64,000 bases of DNA from an uncultured delta proteobacterium (GCA_963850305.1 CAWKKR010000001.1:672001-736000); one strand, 5' to 3'; positions 19,221 to 30,927 are shown, numbered from the stretch's first letter. The notes: generated by a model from the letters alone, not told the origin. A program made the numbers and translations.

Positions 19221-21596
19221 GTGAAACAAGTAGGGATGTCTGTCTTCGCCCGGCTCGTCGTATGCGCGGCGCTCGTGAGCGCTTGCTCCGTCTACGAGCC
19301 GTCGCTGCTGCGGGAGTCCGTGTCCGGAAGCGGCGGTGCCGCGGCGGCCGGCGGGGCTTTGGTCACGAGCGACGCGAGTGCCGGAGCCGGCGGGTTCAGC
19401 TTCACGGACGACGCGAGCGCCGGCGCCAGCCTGGGCGGGGGAGCTGGCGCCGACGGCTCTGCGTCGCGGGGTGGTTCTGATGGCGGGTTGGGCCGCCCAG
19501 ACGGCGCGGTTCCGAGCTGCCACGACGGTATCGCCAACGGCGCGGAGACCGACGTGGACTGCGGAGGGACCTGTAGCCCTTGCGCGGGCGGGTCCACGTG
19601 CGCCGCAAGCGCCGACTGCGCGAGCAAGCTGTGCGTCGGAAGGGTCTGCACGAATGCGTCCTGCACCGACAGTGTCAAGAATGGTTCGGAGAGCGACGTC
19701 GACTGCGGAGGTGCCTGCGCCGCGTGCGCGACCGGGTACGCTTGCGCCACGGGCGCGGACTGCGTCAGCGAGGTGTGCAGCGGCGACATATGCCAGGTTG
19801 CTAGCTGCCGCGACGGGGTCAGGAACGGCATCGAGAGCGACGTCGACTGCGGCGGCCCCTGCAGCGCCTGCCCGGTGGGGAAAGCGTGCAGGACCGGGTC
19901 CGACTGCACGAGCGGGGCGTGCAGCGGCGACGCGTGCACGGCGCCGAGCTGCTCGGACGGCGTGAACAACGGCGCGGAGACCGACGTGGACTGCGGCGGC
20001 GGCACGTGCCCGGTCTGCGCGAACGGCAAGAGGTGCACCACCGGTGTCGACTGCACCAGCACGTTCTGCTCCGGCGGCGTCTGCACACCCCCCGGCTGCA
20101 ACGACGGCGTGAAGAACGGCACCGAGACTTCCGTGGACTGCGGCGGCCCGAGCTGCGGTCCGTGCGCGGATGGCGCCACGTGCGGCACCGGAGCGGACTG
20201 CGCGAGCAAGAGTTGCGCGGCGGGTCAGTGCGTGGCCGCGACCTGCAGCGACACGATCCAGAACGGCGCAGAGACGGGGATCGACTGCGGCGGCGGCTCC
20301 TGCGGCGAGTGCGGCGTGGGCCAGGGCTGCAGCACGGGGAGCGACTGCACGAGCGGCGTCTGCACCGACAGCCAGTGCCACGCGCCGAGCTGCTCGGACA
20401 GCGTGAAGAACGGCACCGAGACTTCCGTGGACTGCGGCGGCGGCTCCTGCTCGGGCTGCGCGGCGGGGGCCTCCTGCGTCACGCCGGGGGACTGTCTGAG
20501 CAACGTGTGCACGAGCAATCTCTGCCAGGCCGCGACCTGCTCGGACGGCGTGAAGAACGGGGCCGAGACTGGAATCGACTGCGGCGGGACCTGCCTTCCC
20601 TGCGGGTTCCGCAAGACGTTGACGATCCAGGGTGCCCAGGTCACGGCCAGTCTCGTCGACTTCCCGGTCCTCGTCTCGGTAGCGGACGCTCAGTTCGGGG
20701 CGGCGGCACGCACCGATGGCACCGACATCGTGTTCCGCGATGACTCCGGCACCGTGCTCGATCTCGAGGTCGAGTCTTTCACTTCGGCGACGGGACGCCT
20801 CACCGCCTGGGTACGGTTGCCCCTCGTCTCCGCGGGGACCAACACGGTCTTCTACATGTACTACGGCGATACGGCCAACCACTGGAACGCCGCCTCCGGC
20901 TACAACCCGACCGGCGTCTGGAGCAACGGATACACGAGAGTCTGGCATATGCAGAACGTGGCCGCCCTCACGGACTCCACGGGGGCCGGCAACGCCACCA
21001 ACAACGGCGCCGCGAACACCACCGGCCTCATCGGCGGCGCGGCCTACTTCGACGGGACCGACAGCATGTACGCGTCCCACGCCGCGATCGACGGAGCCAG
21101 CTTCACCGTGTCCGTATGGCTGAAGCGGGCCGATACCGACGTCGATCGATGCGTGCTCACCCAAGGCCGCATCTCCACCGCGCCCGGTACGCGCCAGCTA
21201 TTCCACTTGTGTTACGAACAAGATCCGAGCCCAGCCATCAACAATCATTTCAGATTCGGCTTCTGGAGCGACGATCTCCTTTCCACCAATGCGTATACCG
21301 ACACCACGAACTACGAATACTGGGTCGGCACGTATGACGTTTCCAGCAACGCGAGGGCGCTCTACAGAAACGGAGCGTCGGAAGGCAGCGGCACCAGCGG
21401 CGGGAGCCTGAGCACAGGGAGCGACCCGCTCGAGTTCGGTCGTAGGGTGTACTGGTGGGACTACACGTGGAAGGGCAACCTCGACGAGATCCGCTTCTCC
21501 AGCGTTCCCCGCCCCGGGAACTGGATCGCGGCCGAGTATGCGAACGAGCGCGCAGGCTCGACGTTCCTGACGGTCGGCGCGCAAGAAGCGCTGTAG
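19221..21596 (+). CDS. Lipoprotein with 8 Cys-rich E(T/S)xxDCGG repeats, DUF2341 and LamG-like domain
   Basis: Lipobox VSAC; repeats; DFPVLV/TAWVRLP/FYMYYG; GNLDEIRFS...WIAAEY. Confidence 0.85.
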   Translation: MKQVGMSVFARLVVCAALVSACSVYEPSLLRESVSGSGGAAAAGGALVTSDASAGAGGFSFTDDASAGASLGGGAGADGSASRGGSDGGLGRPDGAVPSCHDGIANGAETDVDCGGTCSPCAGGSTCAASADCASKLCVGRVCTNASCTDSVKNGSESDVDCGGACAACATGYACATGADCVSEVCSGDICQVASCRDGVRNGIESDVDCGGPCSACPVGKACRTGSDCTSGACSGDACTAPSCSDGVNNGAETDVDCGGGTCPVCANGKRCTTGVDCTSTFCSGGVCTPPGCNDGVKNGTETSVDCGGPSCGPCADGATCGTGADCASKSCAAGQCVAATCSDTIQNGAETGIDCGGGSCGECGVGQGCSTGSDCTSGVCTDSQCHAPSCSDSVKNGTETSVDCGGGSCSGCAAGASCVTPGDCLSNVCTSNLCQAATCSDGVKNGAETGIDCGGTCLPCGFRKTLTIQGAQVTASLVDFPVLVSVADAQFGAAARTDGTDIVFRDDSGTVLDLEVESFTSATGRLTAWVRLPLVSAGTNTVFYMYYGDTANHWNAASGYNPTGVWSNGYTRVWHMQNVAALTDSTGAGNATNNGAANTTGLIGGAAYFDGTDSMYASHAAIDGASFTVSVWLKRADTDVDRCVLTQGRISTAPGTRQLFHLCYEQDPSPAINNHFRFGFWSDDLLSTNAYTDTTNYEYWVGTYDVSSNARALYRNGASEGSGTSGGSLSTGSDPLEFGRRVYWWDYTWKGNLDEIRFSSVPRPGNWIAAEYANERAGSTFLTVGAQEAL

Positions 21597-21877
21597 ACGC
21601 GTCCGGTTCCGGCGCGTTCACTTTGTCCAGGGCTCCTCGCGCGCCAGCTTCGAGGGGGAAAAGGACGAATCACGCTTTCTCTCTCGTGAACCACGATCGC
21701 GTGATCATGCGTAGAACGCTCGCCGTCTGTCGGGCCGGCGCGCCACGAGTGTCGTGCCCGAACCGCGAACAAGCCTGGGTTCGCGTAAGTTCCGGGAATC
21801 ACGGTATATTGTGGCATCGTTATCCCGTACCCCTATCGCGAAGACCTCGTGATAGAAGGATGGGTGGAGGTGGTGCC

Positions 21878-24800
21878 GTGGGGACGTCCATGGGGCGGAT
21901 CGGGTTGCTCTTGCTCGGTGGGGTCGTCGTGGCGGGGGCCATGGGCGGCTTCATCGGGTACATGGACTACACGCACCGACACGTACCGCCGGTCGTGCCG
22001 CCGCCCGCGCACGGGCGGGTTCCACCGCCGCCCGGAAAGGTGGAACGGGGGCTCGCGCTCGCGAAGTCGACGAAGGAGATGCGCCGCACGCTCGACGACG
22101 CTTACCGTCTCGGCCCGGACGCGCGCTTCGTCAGCGCGCTCACGGACGTGGAGCGGCTGCTAACCGGTTCGTCAGGCCCGGACCCGAAGGCGGTATTCAC
22201 GGGAACCGAGTGGCGGATCACCCGCGGCGCGACGGTCATCGGCGCACTGCCGGAGCTGGCGGATCTGCCCGACGCGCTCGCGATGCTCGACGCGCGCATC
22301 ACCGAGCTCGCACCACCGGGCAAGCCGTTTTCGGCAAAGAAGGCGGATCGAGCCGCCGACGCTTCGACGGACGAGCCGCTCGTCGAACTGGACTCGGCCC
22401 TCGCGCAGTTGCCATCGCTCGACGCGCAATGGCGAGCGGGTGCGCCGGATGCAGCGACCGTTCTGTCGACGTGGCGCGCGCTGCTCTCCATCGCCGTGGA
22501 GACGCCGGACTTGCTCGGTGTCGGCGACGGCATCGGCTCGAACGCGCTCGCGGTGCTGGCACTGGCGCGTCGTTCGGGCGTGACCTCGGGCTCGACGGAA
22601 GCGCTCTTCGCGGACGCGCTCGGTTATGGCGCCGCCGCTAAGCAAGTCGCCGCGACCCTTCCGGATGGCGACGCAGTGAGGGCGTTCATCGAGCAAAACG
22701 ACGAGGTTCTTTCCAGGGCGGCCAGCGCGAGCGGGTCCTTCACTGCTCGCTACCTGTGGCTCCGGCGGCTGGTGTGGCGGGACGAACATCGCGCCGAGCA
22801 GACGTGGCGCGCGAAGCAATTCGCCGGACAGGAAGCGGCGCTCTGGATGCTCGCGACACGTCTCCGCGGATTCGATTTCGGCGATCGATCCATGCTGGGC
22901 AGTGCGGGACCTCCGCTGATCGTTCTTGCGACGGCGATCGCCGCAGGTCAGGTGACCCCGGCCACGGTGAAGCCGGACCCGAGCATCGAGCTTGCCGCGC
23001 TCCGCGCCGGAACCACGCTCGGTTTGCTCCCCGGAAGCATCCCGGCGCGCTTCGACGATGCGCTCGGCAAGCTCGTCGCATCGTACGGGAAGGATTCACG
23101 CCTGGGCAGCGCCGTTCACTCGGCCTGCCTTCAATCGCTGATGTACTCCGCGTTCGGCGACGCCGCGTTCTTCGCCGCCGATCAGCTCGGCTCCGCGCCG
23201 GCAGCGCATCGGCTCGCGGAGAGTCTCGGCGAGAGCTCGTCGCCCGCGTTCAAGGCATTCCGGCGGTGGCTCGAAGTGATCACCCAGGCGATGACGCGCG
23301 ACGTCGGTGTGGGTACCGTGACGGCAGCCGTCGACGGGATCCGACCGCTCGGTGACGGCGCGCTGCGGAGGCTCTACGACTCGGTGAACGAGACCGCGGA
23401 CTGGGACGATCCGCGCTACGCGACGGTGGCGAAGCGCTTCGCCGCCAGGTACGACGCTCGGCCGGCGGATCGGTACGCATTCGGCAACGTCGTCTACGGT
23501 CTGCGCGACCCTGTCCTCTACGAGAAGTACTACACGAGCGCGCTGGCAGCCGATCCGGGGCGATACGCGGCAACCGAGCTGTGGTGGGCTCGCGCCGTCG
23601 ACGACACGGCGAAACTCCGAAAGTGGATCGCCTCCCCGCTCCTGCGATCCGACGCGCGGGGCGACGCCATCGAGTACCTGGAGAAGAAGGGTGCGTTGAC
23701 ACACGCGGAAGCGGAGGCGGCGTTTGCTCGCTCGCTCGATCCTTCGCGCGACGACTGGAGCGACCGCCACGCATTCGTCAAGTACCTCGACGACCACAAG
23801 GAATACGAGGAGGCCCGCAAGGTCATCGACGACTGGGTCCGCGGCCGCCAGGTAGACTCCGGGTTTCACGCCATCTACGCCGACGTCGCGCGGTCGTGGT
23901 CCTTCTACAAGGAGGGGCTTTATGCGGAATCGTGGAAGGCAGTCGAGCCTTCCGTGGGAAGCATGGCAGCGGGCCCGCTCGAGCGCGGCGCGCTCGCGCT
24001 CGCCCGACTCGGGAAAGGCGATCGCGCGATCGACCTGGCGCGGAGCGCGGTGACCCGTTATCCGCAGGCTGCCGTGAACGCGATCGTGCTCGCGGAGGTG
24101 TACTGGATCCTCGGCAGGGATGCCGACGCGGGGATCGCGCTCCGCGACTGCCCGATGCTCGAGAACCTGAATGTCCGGGTGGAGGTCGGCAAGCGGATGA
24201 TGGACGCTCTCTCCGCGCAACCCGACTCCCGTGTGATCGAAGCGATCGACCGCACCGATGTGCCGAGCGCGGACCGCTGCGATTTGATGGACGCCGTGCA
24301 CGACGCGGGCAACGATCGGCTCGCGTTCCAGGTCGCCGAGAAGCTCCTTTCCGAGCGGCCCGGTCGCCCGATGCGCCTCCTCATCAGTGGTTACGAATTT
24401 CTCCGCGCCCTCAAGGGCGAAGTCGAAGCGACCGCGTGGATCGACCGCGGCCTCGGCGCGAACGACCGACTGCGGATGACGATGGCTAGCTGGGCGTACG
24501 ACCACGGGGACGATTCGCTCCTCTGGACGGTGGCGCCGCGGGTAACGCCACCCGGCGACGAGGGCGAATTCCTCTGGCTCATGCGCGCTGCCGCGAGCGT
24601 CCGTTCACGGGACCCGGATCCGCAGCACCTCGCGCAGATGAAGGCCTACTTCTCGCACTCCTCCGGGTACGCCGCGAAGGTGGGCCGACGGTTGCTCGGC
24701 ATGACGACCGACGAAGACGTCCTCTCGAGTCTCGCGAACGTGCATCGGGAGTGCGAGGCCGGCTACTACCTTGGCCTCGTCGCCGAATCCGAGGGTCGTC

Positions 24801-25009
24801 TGGTGGACGCCGTGACCTGGTACCGCGCGTCGGTCGAGACTGCGTCGAAAGCCGACGCCGAGTACCGCTGGGCCTCCCTGCGGCTTCGTGCGCTGACCGG
24901 CGTCACGACGCTCGCCCGGCGCGAGGCCGACCTGAAGGCGGCGAGCGCCGCGTCGGCGACGGGGCGCAACGTAGCCCGGACGACTTTGCCGGAGGTGCGC
25001 AAGCCGTAG
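21878..25009 (+). CDS. Large membrane-anchored helical/TPR-like protein
   Basis: GGAGGT before GTG, N-terminal TM, TPR-like helices (EAGYYLGLVAESEG...WYRAS). Confidence 0.7.
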   Translation: MGTSMGRIGLLLLGGVVVAGAMGGFIGYMDYTHRHVPPVVPPPAHGRVPPPPGKVERGLALAKSTKEMRRTLDDAYRLGPDARFVSALTDVERLLTGSSGPDPKAVFTGTEWRITRGATVIGALPELADLPDALAMLDARITELAPPGKPFSAKKADRAADASTDEPLVELDSALAQLPSLDAQWRAGAPDAATVLSTWRALLSIAVETPDLLGVGDGIGSNALAVLALARRSGVTSGSTEALFADALGYGAAAKQVAATLPDGDAVRAFIEQNDEVLSRAASASGSFTARYLWLRRLVWRDEHRAEQTWRAKQFAGQEAALWMLATRLRGFDFGDRSMLGSAGPPLIVLATAIAAGQVTPATVKPDPSIELAALRAGTTLGLLPGSIPARFDDALGKLVASYGKDSRLGSAVHSACLQSLMYSAFGDAAFFAADQLGSAPAAHRLAESLGESSSPAFKAFRRWLEVITQAMTRDVGVGTVTAAVDGIRPLGDGALRRLYDSVNETADWDDPRYATVAKRFAARYDARPADRYAFGNVVYGLRDPVLYEKYYTSALAADPGRYAATELWWARAVDDTAKLRKWIASPLLRSDARGDAIEYLEKKGALTHAEAEAAFARSLDPSRDDWSDRHAFVKYLDDHKEYEEARKVIDDWVRGRQVDSGFHAIYADVARSWSFYKEGLYAESWKAVEPSVGSMAAGPLERGALALARLGKGDRAIDLARSAVTRYPQAAVNAIVLAEVYWILGRDADAGIALRDCPMLENLNVRVEVGKRMMDALSAQPDSRVIEAIDRTDVPSADRCDLMDAVHDAGNDRLAFQVAEKLLSERPGRPMRLLISGYEFLRALKGEVEATAWIDRGLGANDRLRMTMASWAYDHGDDSLLWTVAPRVTPPGDEGEFLWLMRAAASVRSRDPDPQHLAQMKAYFSHSSGYAAKVGRRLLGMTTDEDVLSSLANVHRECEAGYYLGLVAESEGRLVDAVTWYRASVETASKADAEYRWASLRLRALTGVTTLARREADLKAASAASATGRNVARTTLPEVRKP

Positions 25010-25236
25010 CCGACGCCACACCGGGCGGAGAGGCCGGACCTCAGGGGCCGACCCGGTCGCGACGACAGCGGTGAGCAAGACCCCTGGCACGAGGCCATCG
25101 AGAACGGCGTGGCCGACTTGAATGAGGTCACGCTTGCCCTCCCCGGCCCGAGCCGCTCCATCAGGTAGCCATGTAGCTCGAAGAGGGCCACCGTGGCAGC
25201 CACCCACCGGAGAGTGGCCACGCTCCGATCGTTGGC

Positions 25237-26061
25237 TTGGGCGGCTGGCGTCTTCTCGTTGCCGATCTCTGGATCGCCGGCACGACCGGCACGCTCTCCG
25301 TCTACCGGGGCTCGCCCACGGCCGCGTCCGGAACGAGCGTGATCTCGACGAGCGGCCGCCCCGCTGGCCTCGCCATCGATACGACCGCCTCGAAGGTGTA
25401 CTGGGTCAACGGCAGCCTGATCCCCCAGGCGGTGCAGCGCGCCGGCTTCGACGGCACCGGCCTCGAGACGCTGTCCGCGACGGAGGGAACCGGCTCGAAC
25501 ACGCAGATCGGCGGCATCGCCGTCGACCCCGGCAACGCTCTCTACTGGTACGCGGCCGGCGTCGGCATCCGCCGGGTCTCCCTCGCCTCGGCGAACACCA
25601 GCGGTACCGGGCAGCTCATCGTGCCCGGGGTGGCGTCCTCCCAGATCGCCGTCGCGGGCGGCAAGCTCTACTACAACGATGCGCTCTCGTCGTCGCTCTA
25701 TCGCAGCGAGCTCGACGGCACGAACGCGCAGGTGGTCGTGCCCCACCTGGTTGACGATTTCGCCGTCGATTACATAGGCAATCACATCTACTGGCTCAGG
25801 TGGTTCGACTTCGCCTCCCTGAACCTCTTTCGCACGAACCTCGATGGCTCCGGGCAGCAGATCGCGGCGTCAGGCTCTCAGTTCACGGACGACTTCAACC
25901 TCGCCGGGTTCGTGGTCGATCCGTGGCAGAAGACGATCCTGATCGCATCCTCCGACTACGTGCAGACGGTGCCGGACGGCAACCTGACGGCTCGCGCAAA
26001 ACTCACCGCCTGGGCGACCAACGTCGGCGGCATCGCCCTCAGTGGGTGCGCCACACCTTGA
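25237..26061 (+). CDS. YWTD/LDL-receptor-like beta-propeller protein, probably N-truncated
   Basis: GLAIDT..KVYW, GIAVDP..LYW, FAVDY..HIYW, RTNLDGS repeats. Confidence 0.7.
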   Translation: MGGWRLLVADLWIAGTTGTLSVYRGSPTAASGTSVISTSGRPAGLAIDTTASKVYWVNGSLIPQAVQRAGFDGTGLETLSATEGTGSNTQIGGIAVDPGNALYWYAAGVGIRRVSLASANTSGTGQLIVPGVASSQIAVAGGKLYYNDALSSSLYRSELDGTNAQVVVPHLVDDFAVDYIGNHIYWLRWFDFASLNLFRTNLDGSGQQIAASGSQFTDDFNLAGFVVDPWQKTILIASSDYVQTVPDGNLTARAKLTAWATNVGGIALSGCATP

Positions 26062-26091
26062 ACGCGACCCCGCCGTCGCGGGCGGTGTGGT

Positions 26092-28019
26092 TCACGGGCA
26101 GGCGACGCGCGACCATCTGGGGGCCTTGTTCGGATCCGTCTCTACGACGACCAATGACGACCCGGCCGCCGTCATGGCGCGGTAGGTAGAGGCGAGCGGG
26201 ACCGTAACCGGCGGAGCACCAGGGTCCACCTTCATGGCGGAGTTCAGCCGCAGGATGCGGGTCGCCGTCGCGTCGCTCACGGCAACGGCCGCGGCGACAT
26301 CGACGGCCGCGAAGCCCACCGGGAGCGAGCTGTCGACATTGATGGGGGAGCCGATCTGGGTTGCCCCCGGCGGCATCAACGCCACCTGAGTGCCAACCTG
26401 CGTGCCATCGGTGCACCCGAACGCGACCCCGATCCCGTTGCGCAACAGCGCGCCCGTGACCCGGACAGTGGCGTCCACGCACCAGGGGAACGGCGTGGGC
26501 GCCGTCGTGACGCCGCCGGGGCTCAGCGGGGCAACATAGATGGTCCCCGGCGACGTGCTCGGGTCTACCCAGACCGCCCCTCCGGCGGCCGGGTCGGTCG
26601 GGATGAGGGCGCCGGTTCCGGCAAACTGCGCGAGCTCAGCGTACTGGGCCACGGTCCCGTTGGGCAGGGGCTCGAGGATCGCACCGACGACCCGGACGAA
26701 CTCCACTCCGCCTACCAAAGCGCCGGCCGCGGCGACGTAGGCGCCCTGCAGCGATGCCAGCGCGTACACGCCGGTGACCGAGACTCCGCTGGCGAGCGTC
26801 ACTGGACCCCACCCGGAGGCAACGCCGGTGGTCGGATCGACGGACCCGAACCAGATGGGGCAGGTGCCCGCCGGCGTGCACGCCGGATCGGCTCCCTCGG
26901 CGAGCACCGCGAGCCTTCCTTGACCCGGAGCGATGGCCACCGAGCCGACGGTGGTCGGCATGGTGAGCGTGATGATTTCCGGCGGCCCGGTGCCCGAAGG
27001 AAACGTCGCGACGTCAATCGTGGTCGGCGTGCCTCCGGTCCCGGACCCCGAGCCCACCGCCTGCGCAAAGTACGCATATTGTCCGTCCGTCGCGGCGGCG
27101 ATCGGGCCCGCCGGGACGCCCGTGAGCTGGAGCGGCCCCGTGCTCACCGTCCAGGCGAATCCTTCGTCGACCGAGCCGTCTCCGTTGTCGTCGATGAAGT
27201 TACACGTTTCGACGCCGCTGCCCGCCCCGGCGACACCGCCGAAGCCCCCGACGCCGCCGAAGCCCCCGACGCCCGTCGCGCCTCCCGCGCCGCCGACACC
27301 GACGGAAGGTCCGCACGACTGGGCACACAAAGTCGGAATCTCCGGCACACTGGACGATGTCCTGGGCACCCGGCAGCGTGCTCGCCGGGCACTGTCCGCT
27401 ACACGCTGCGGGATTCACGCAGCCCAGTCCGTGAAGGCATGAGCCAAGCATCTCGCATTCGGTCGGGTCCGACGCCGCGGTGCACGCAGTGAGACCAGAA
27501 GCACATCGGCTACAAACGCAGGACGCACACGAGTCCCATCCGCCGGCGGCGCGGCACTGGGCCACCGTCGGCGAAAAGCAAACCCCACTGCAAGCTCTGC
27601 CCTGCTGGACGCAATCCGAAAGCTCCCCGAGAAAGCCGTACGGCCTGAAAATCCGGACACGCACTGCCGCAACTGTCGGCCGATGTGCACGCGCTGTCGA
27701 GGACACACCGAGTCGCCGCGGCGCAGTCGGCGCCCGCCGCTTCACAGTCCTGGAGGGCCTTGCCGCAGCTGTTGCACATGCAGTTCATGCAGGCGCCCGC
27801 GTCGCTGCCACACGTGCTCGGCGTCCCGCCGCGAGCCGACGCATCTGCGCCGCCCTGACCGCCGGCGCCTCCGCTCGACGGAGTACCCCCTGCGCCGGCT
27901 CCGCCGTCGAGCGTCGTGGTGCGAAGCTTGCGATCCTGGATGCCGAGAATGACCGAGCAGCCGGTGATGGCAGCGAACAGCACCGGAGCGAACCCTCGAG
28001 TGTACGGAAGTCGCTTCAC
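26092..28019 (-). pseudogene. Cys-rich lipoprotein with putative metal-binding motif; several frameshifts
   Basis: Lipobox ITGC-SVILGIQDRKLR; pieces in different frames; ETCNFIDDNGDGSVDEG. Confidence 0.65.
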
Positions 28020-28173
28020 GACACTTCCAGGGTACGCCGGTTTCCGCTTCGCGTCTCCGGCGGTCGAACCGCGGGATAACACGGTCTCCACGTCCGGCAT
28101 GGGAACCTGGGCGCCGGCATCCGCTGGAGACTCGAGTTCGAGTGACGCCGCTGGCGGTGCCCCCGCCGGCGGA

Positions 28174-29983
28174 CTACGGCGGCACCACGCGACACGGCGA
28201 GCCCGCCCCCATGTCGCAGATGTAGCCGGTCTCCACCTGGCACGCGGAAGAGCAGCCGTCCCCGGAGCTGTTGTTGCCGTCGTCGCATGCCTCACCGGGC
28301 TGGAGGATGCTGTCGCCGCAGCGCGGACCGAGCGTGCAGTTCGGGTTGCATTGCCCGTACGAGCCCGTGTTGGCGGCCGCGCCGTTGTCGCATTGCTCGG
28401 GGGGCTCGATGACGCCGTCGCCGCACTTCAGCGTGCAGTGCGTGGTGCACAGGCTCGTGGCGCTTCCGTTGTTGGCGCCGTCGTCGCAGGCCTCCCCGGA
28501 CTCGACGATGCCGTTGCCGCAGACCGCCGTGCAGGACACGCAGGACCCGCTCTGCGGAGCAGCATTGGTAGGCCGCGTACGCGAGCGAGCACTGGGCGTC
28601 GCTCGAGCAGCTCGCGCACGCTCCGGACTCGCAGAGCCCGTACTTGTTTGCCCCGGACGAGCACGTGAGGCCGGTGCAGCCCGTCGATGGGCATGTTTCG
28701 CAGGCCCCCGCCGGCGAGCAGCAGCCTAGCGCGGCGCCGTAGTAGCCCTCGCATTGGGTGTTCGGTTGATTGGTGCCGGCGCCGCACCCGGTGCACACTC
28801 CCCCGATGCACATGCCGGAACCGATGCCCGGCAAGGTGCACGTGTTGCCGGTGCACCCCGTGCCGCTTGCGCCACCCGTCCCGCCCGCGCCTCCCGCGCC
28901 GCTCGCGCCGCAGCAGCCGTTCGCGCAGCACTCATAGTAGGCGGGACCCCACGCCTTCTTGCAGCTCGCGTCGTCCGTTACCGGCGTGCAGTGCTGGCAA
29001 GCACCCGCGACGCAGAACCCCGGCTCGTCCAGGGCGTCGTAGCAGGGCGCGCCGTCGCCGTTCGTGCCGCACGCTACGTTGCCGGAGCATACGCCGAGGC
29101 ACTGCGTGGACATCATGCACCCCGCGAGATCGCTGGCGAGGCCCGCCGGGCCATCGGCGCTGACGATCGCGGCACAGGGGCTGGTGGCGGCCGTACAGTT
29201 ACCGGTCGAGACGCACTTCGTCGAGGCCATGCAGGCGACCATGGCTTCGCAATTCATCCCCGCCGGAACGCCAGCGCCGACACATATAAGGAAGTCGGGT
29301 GCGTCGCAGTTCGCGCAAAGGCACGACCAGCAGCGATCGTTCGGCACGTTCGACGAGCAGGTTCCGACGCCTCCGCTTCCCCCGCTTCCCGTCACGCCGC
29401 CGGTGCCCGCCTGGCCGTTCCAGCAGGGTGATGGACATTCGCTGTACGCGCAGTTGAGCAGTTCGCTCTCGACGGTGTCCGAGATTCCCGCCGAGCTAGC
29501 GGTGGGCTCGCACGTCGAGGTGCAACTCGCCGGCTCCTGACAACCGGTCCGTTCCACGCAGTCGAGGAGCGAACCGCAGTCCGACTGGCCGCATGCCGTG
29601 ACGACGTCCGTAGGGCACTGGTTGCAGAGACACTGCGCGCACGCCGCAGCCACCATCGGTGCGAGCTTGTCCTCACACGCGCCCGCGGCTCCGCCGGTGC
29701 CGGGCACTCCGCCGCTGCCGAACGCTGCGCCGGTGCCAGGCACTCCGCCGCCGCCGAACGCTGCGCCGGTGCCGGGCACTCCGCCGCCGCCGAACGCTGC
29801 GCCGGTGCCGGGCACTCCGCCGTTGCTGGACACTCCGCCGGTCGAGCTCGTCGTTCCCCCCGTGCCGAGGCCGCCATCGGTGGAAGGGCGCAGCTTGCGA
29901 TCTTGAATGTCGAGGAGCGTCGTGCAGGCCGCCACCCCCGCCAGGCAAGCGCCGAAGGCGAACAACGCCCGCGCCGCTCGCAT
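28174..29983 (-). pseudogene. Cys-rich lipoprotein with Myxococcus cysteine-rich repeats (DUF4215-like); frameshift near 28550
   Basis: Lipobox VAAC-TTLLDIQDRKLR; 36-bp GGVPGTGAAFGG repeats; CGNGIVESGEACDDG-like motif x3 in the shifted frame. Confidence 0.75.
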
Positions 29984-30252
29984 TCAGAAGCGGCTCCCGA
30001 CTCGGAGCATTCCGTCGCTCGGCCCTACGCAGGCCTGCCCCGGCTCCAGAACCGCCATAAGCCGAAGAGCATACGCGAGCGGCCGCTTCATGGCGAGAGG
30101 CGCCTGGGGGTTTCCGAGCCCGCTCGGACTCGAGGCGCGTCCGCGAGCTCGTACACATCGCCTCCCCCCGTCCTCCTTACGGGGAGTGCTCGAGATTGCC
30201 CGGAAAGCCGGGCGCGCTCCGGTGGGAACCTTCAATCGTCGGACGTGTCCCC

Positions 30253-30660
30253 CTACCAAACGACCGTCACCCGTCCGCTCGCTGCCACCCGGCGATCTGG
30301 CGAGACGAGCGGCACGCCGTGCGCGACGGCGGTGCCGGCTATGAGCCGATCGAAGGGATCTCGAAGGGCCGGGAGCGCGCGTGCCTCGCACACGACGCCG
30401 AGGTCGAGCGGAAGGATACGCAGCCCCGCGCTCTGCTCGAGCAAGCCGCACCACTCGTCGAATGGAAGCCGGAGCTTGAGGCGCCAGCGCTCCTCGAGCT
30501 GCGCGACCTCGAAGAGGCAAACCGACGGAATACCCAGCATGGCTCCCGTCCGCGCGGCTCGCCTCACGAGTCGCTGCGCTTCGAGCCCGAGGCTCCGTTC
30601 GGAGCCCGTGGCGATCGCGACGAGCGGGGCCGTGTCGAGCACGGCGCGGAGCTCAGGCAC
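30253..30660 (-). CDS. vapC: PIN domain (VapC-like) toxin
   Basis: VLDT, LFEV, DPFDRLIAGTA, LVSPD. Confidence 0.85.
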   Translation of the reverse strand: MPELRAVLDTAPLVAIATGSERSLGLEAQRLVRRAARTGAMLGIPSVCLFEVAQLEERWRLKLRLPFDEWCGLLEQSAGLRILPLDLGVVCEARALPALRDPFDRLIAGTAVAHGVPLVSPDRRVAASGRVTVVW

Positions 30661-30830
30661 GGCGCTTCGCCCGCGGCCGCCGGTGCCGAGAGGCGCGCTG
30701 CTCGAGAGCCGCGCCCGCTTCCTTCCGGAGCGCGCGGAGCTCGCGCGTCAGATTTCGGAACGAGCCGTCCAGTTCGGCGGTGCCGCGCAGGGCAGCCAGC
30801 GGGATTCCGCTGGGACTCGACGCGTCCCGC
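30653..30830 (-). pseudogene. Probable antitoxin C-terminal remnant
   Basis: Overlaps the vapC start; no convincing N-terminus or start. Confidence 0.35.
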
Positions 30831-30839
30831 GGAGGTCGG

Positions 30840-30927
30840 TCGAAGGATCTCGAACGAAGAATCGAACACACCTCGAACACACCTCGAACGAAGGTCGAAC
30901 ACACCTCGAACGAAGGTCGAACGACCG
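30840..30927. repeat. 11-bp-period array of TCGAAC cores
   Basis: TCGAACACACC / TCGAACGAAGG units, 7 exact cores. Confidence 0.85.

Noticed and set aside
19053..21164. Long antisense ORFs (also 8430-10289, 14266-16200, 33999-35753)
   Set aside because: Shadow frames of real genes in high-GC DNA with no motifs
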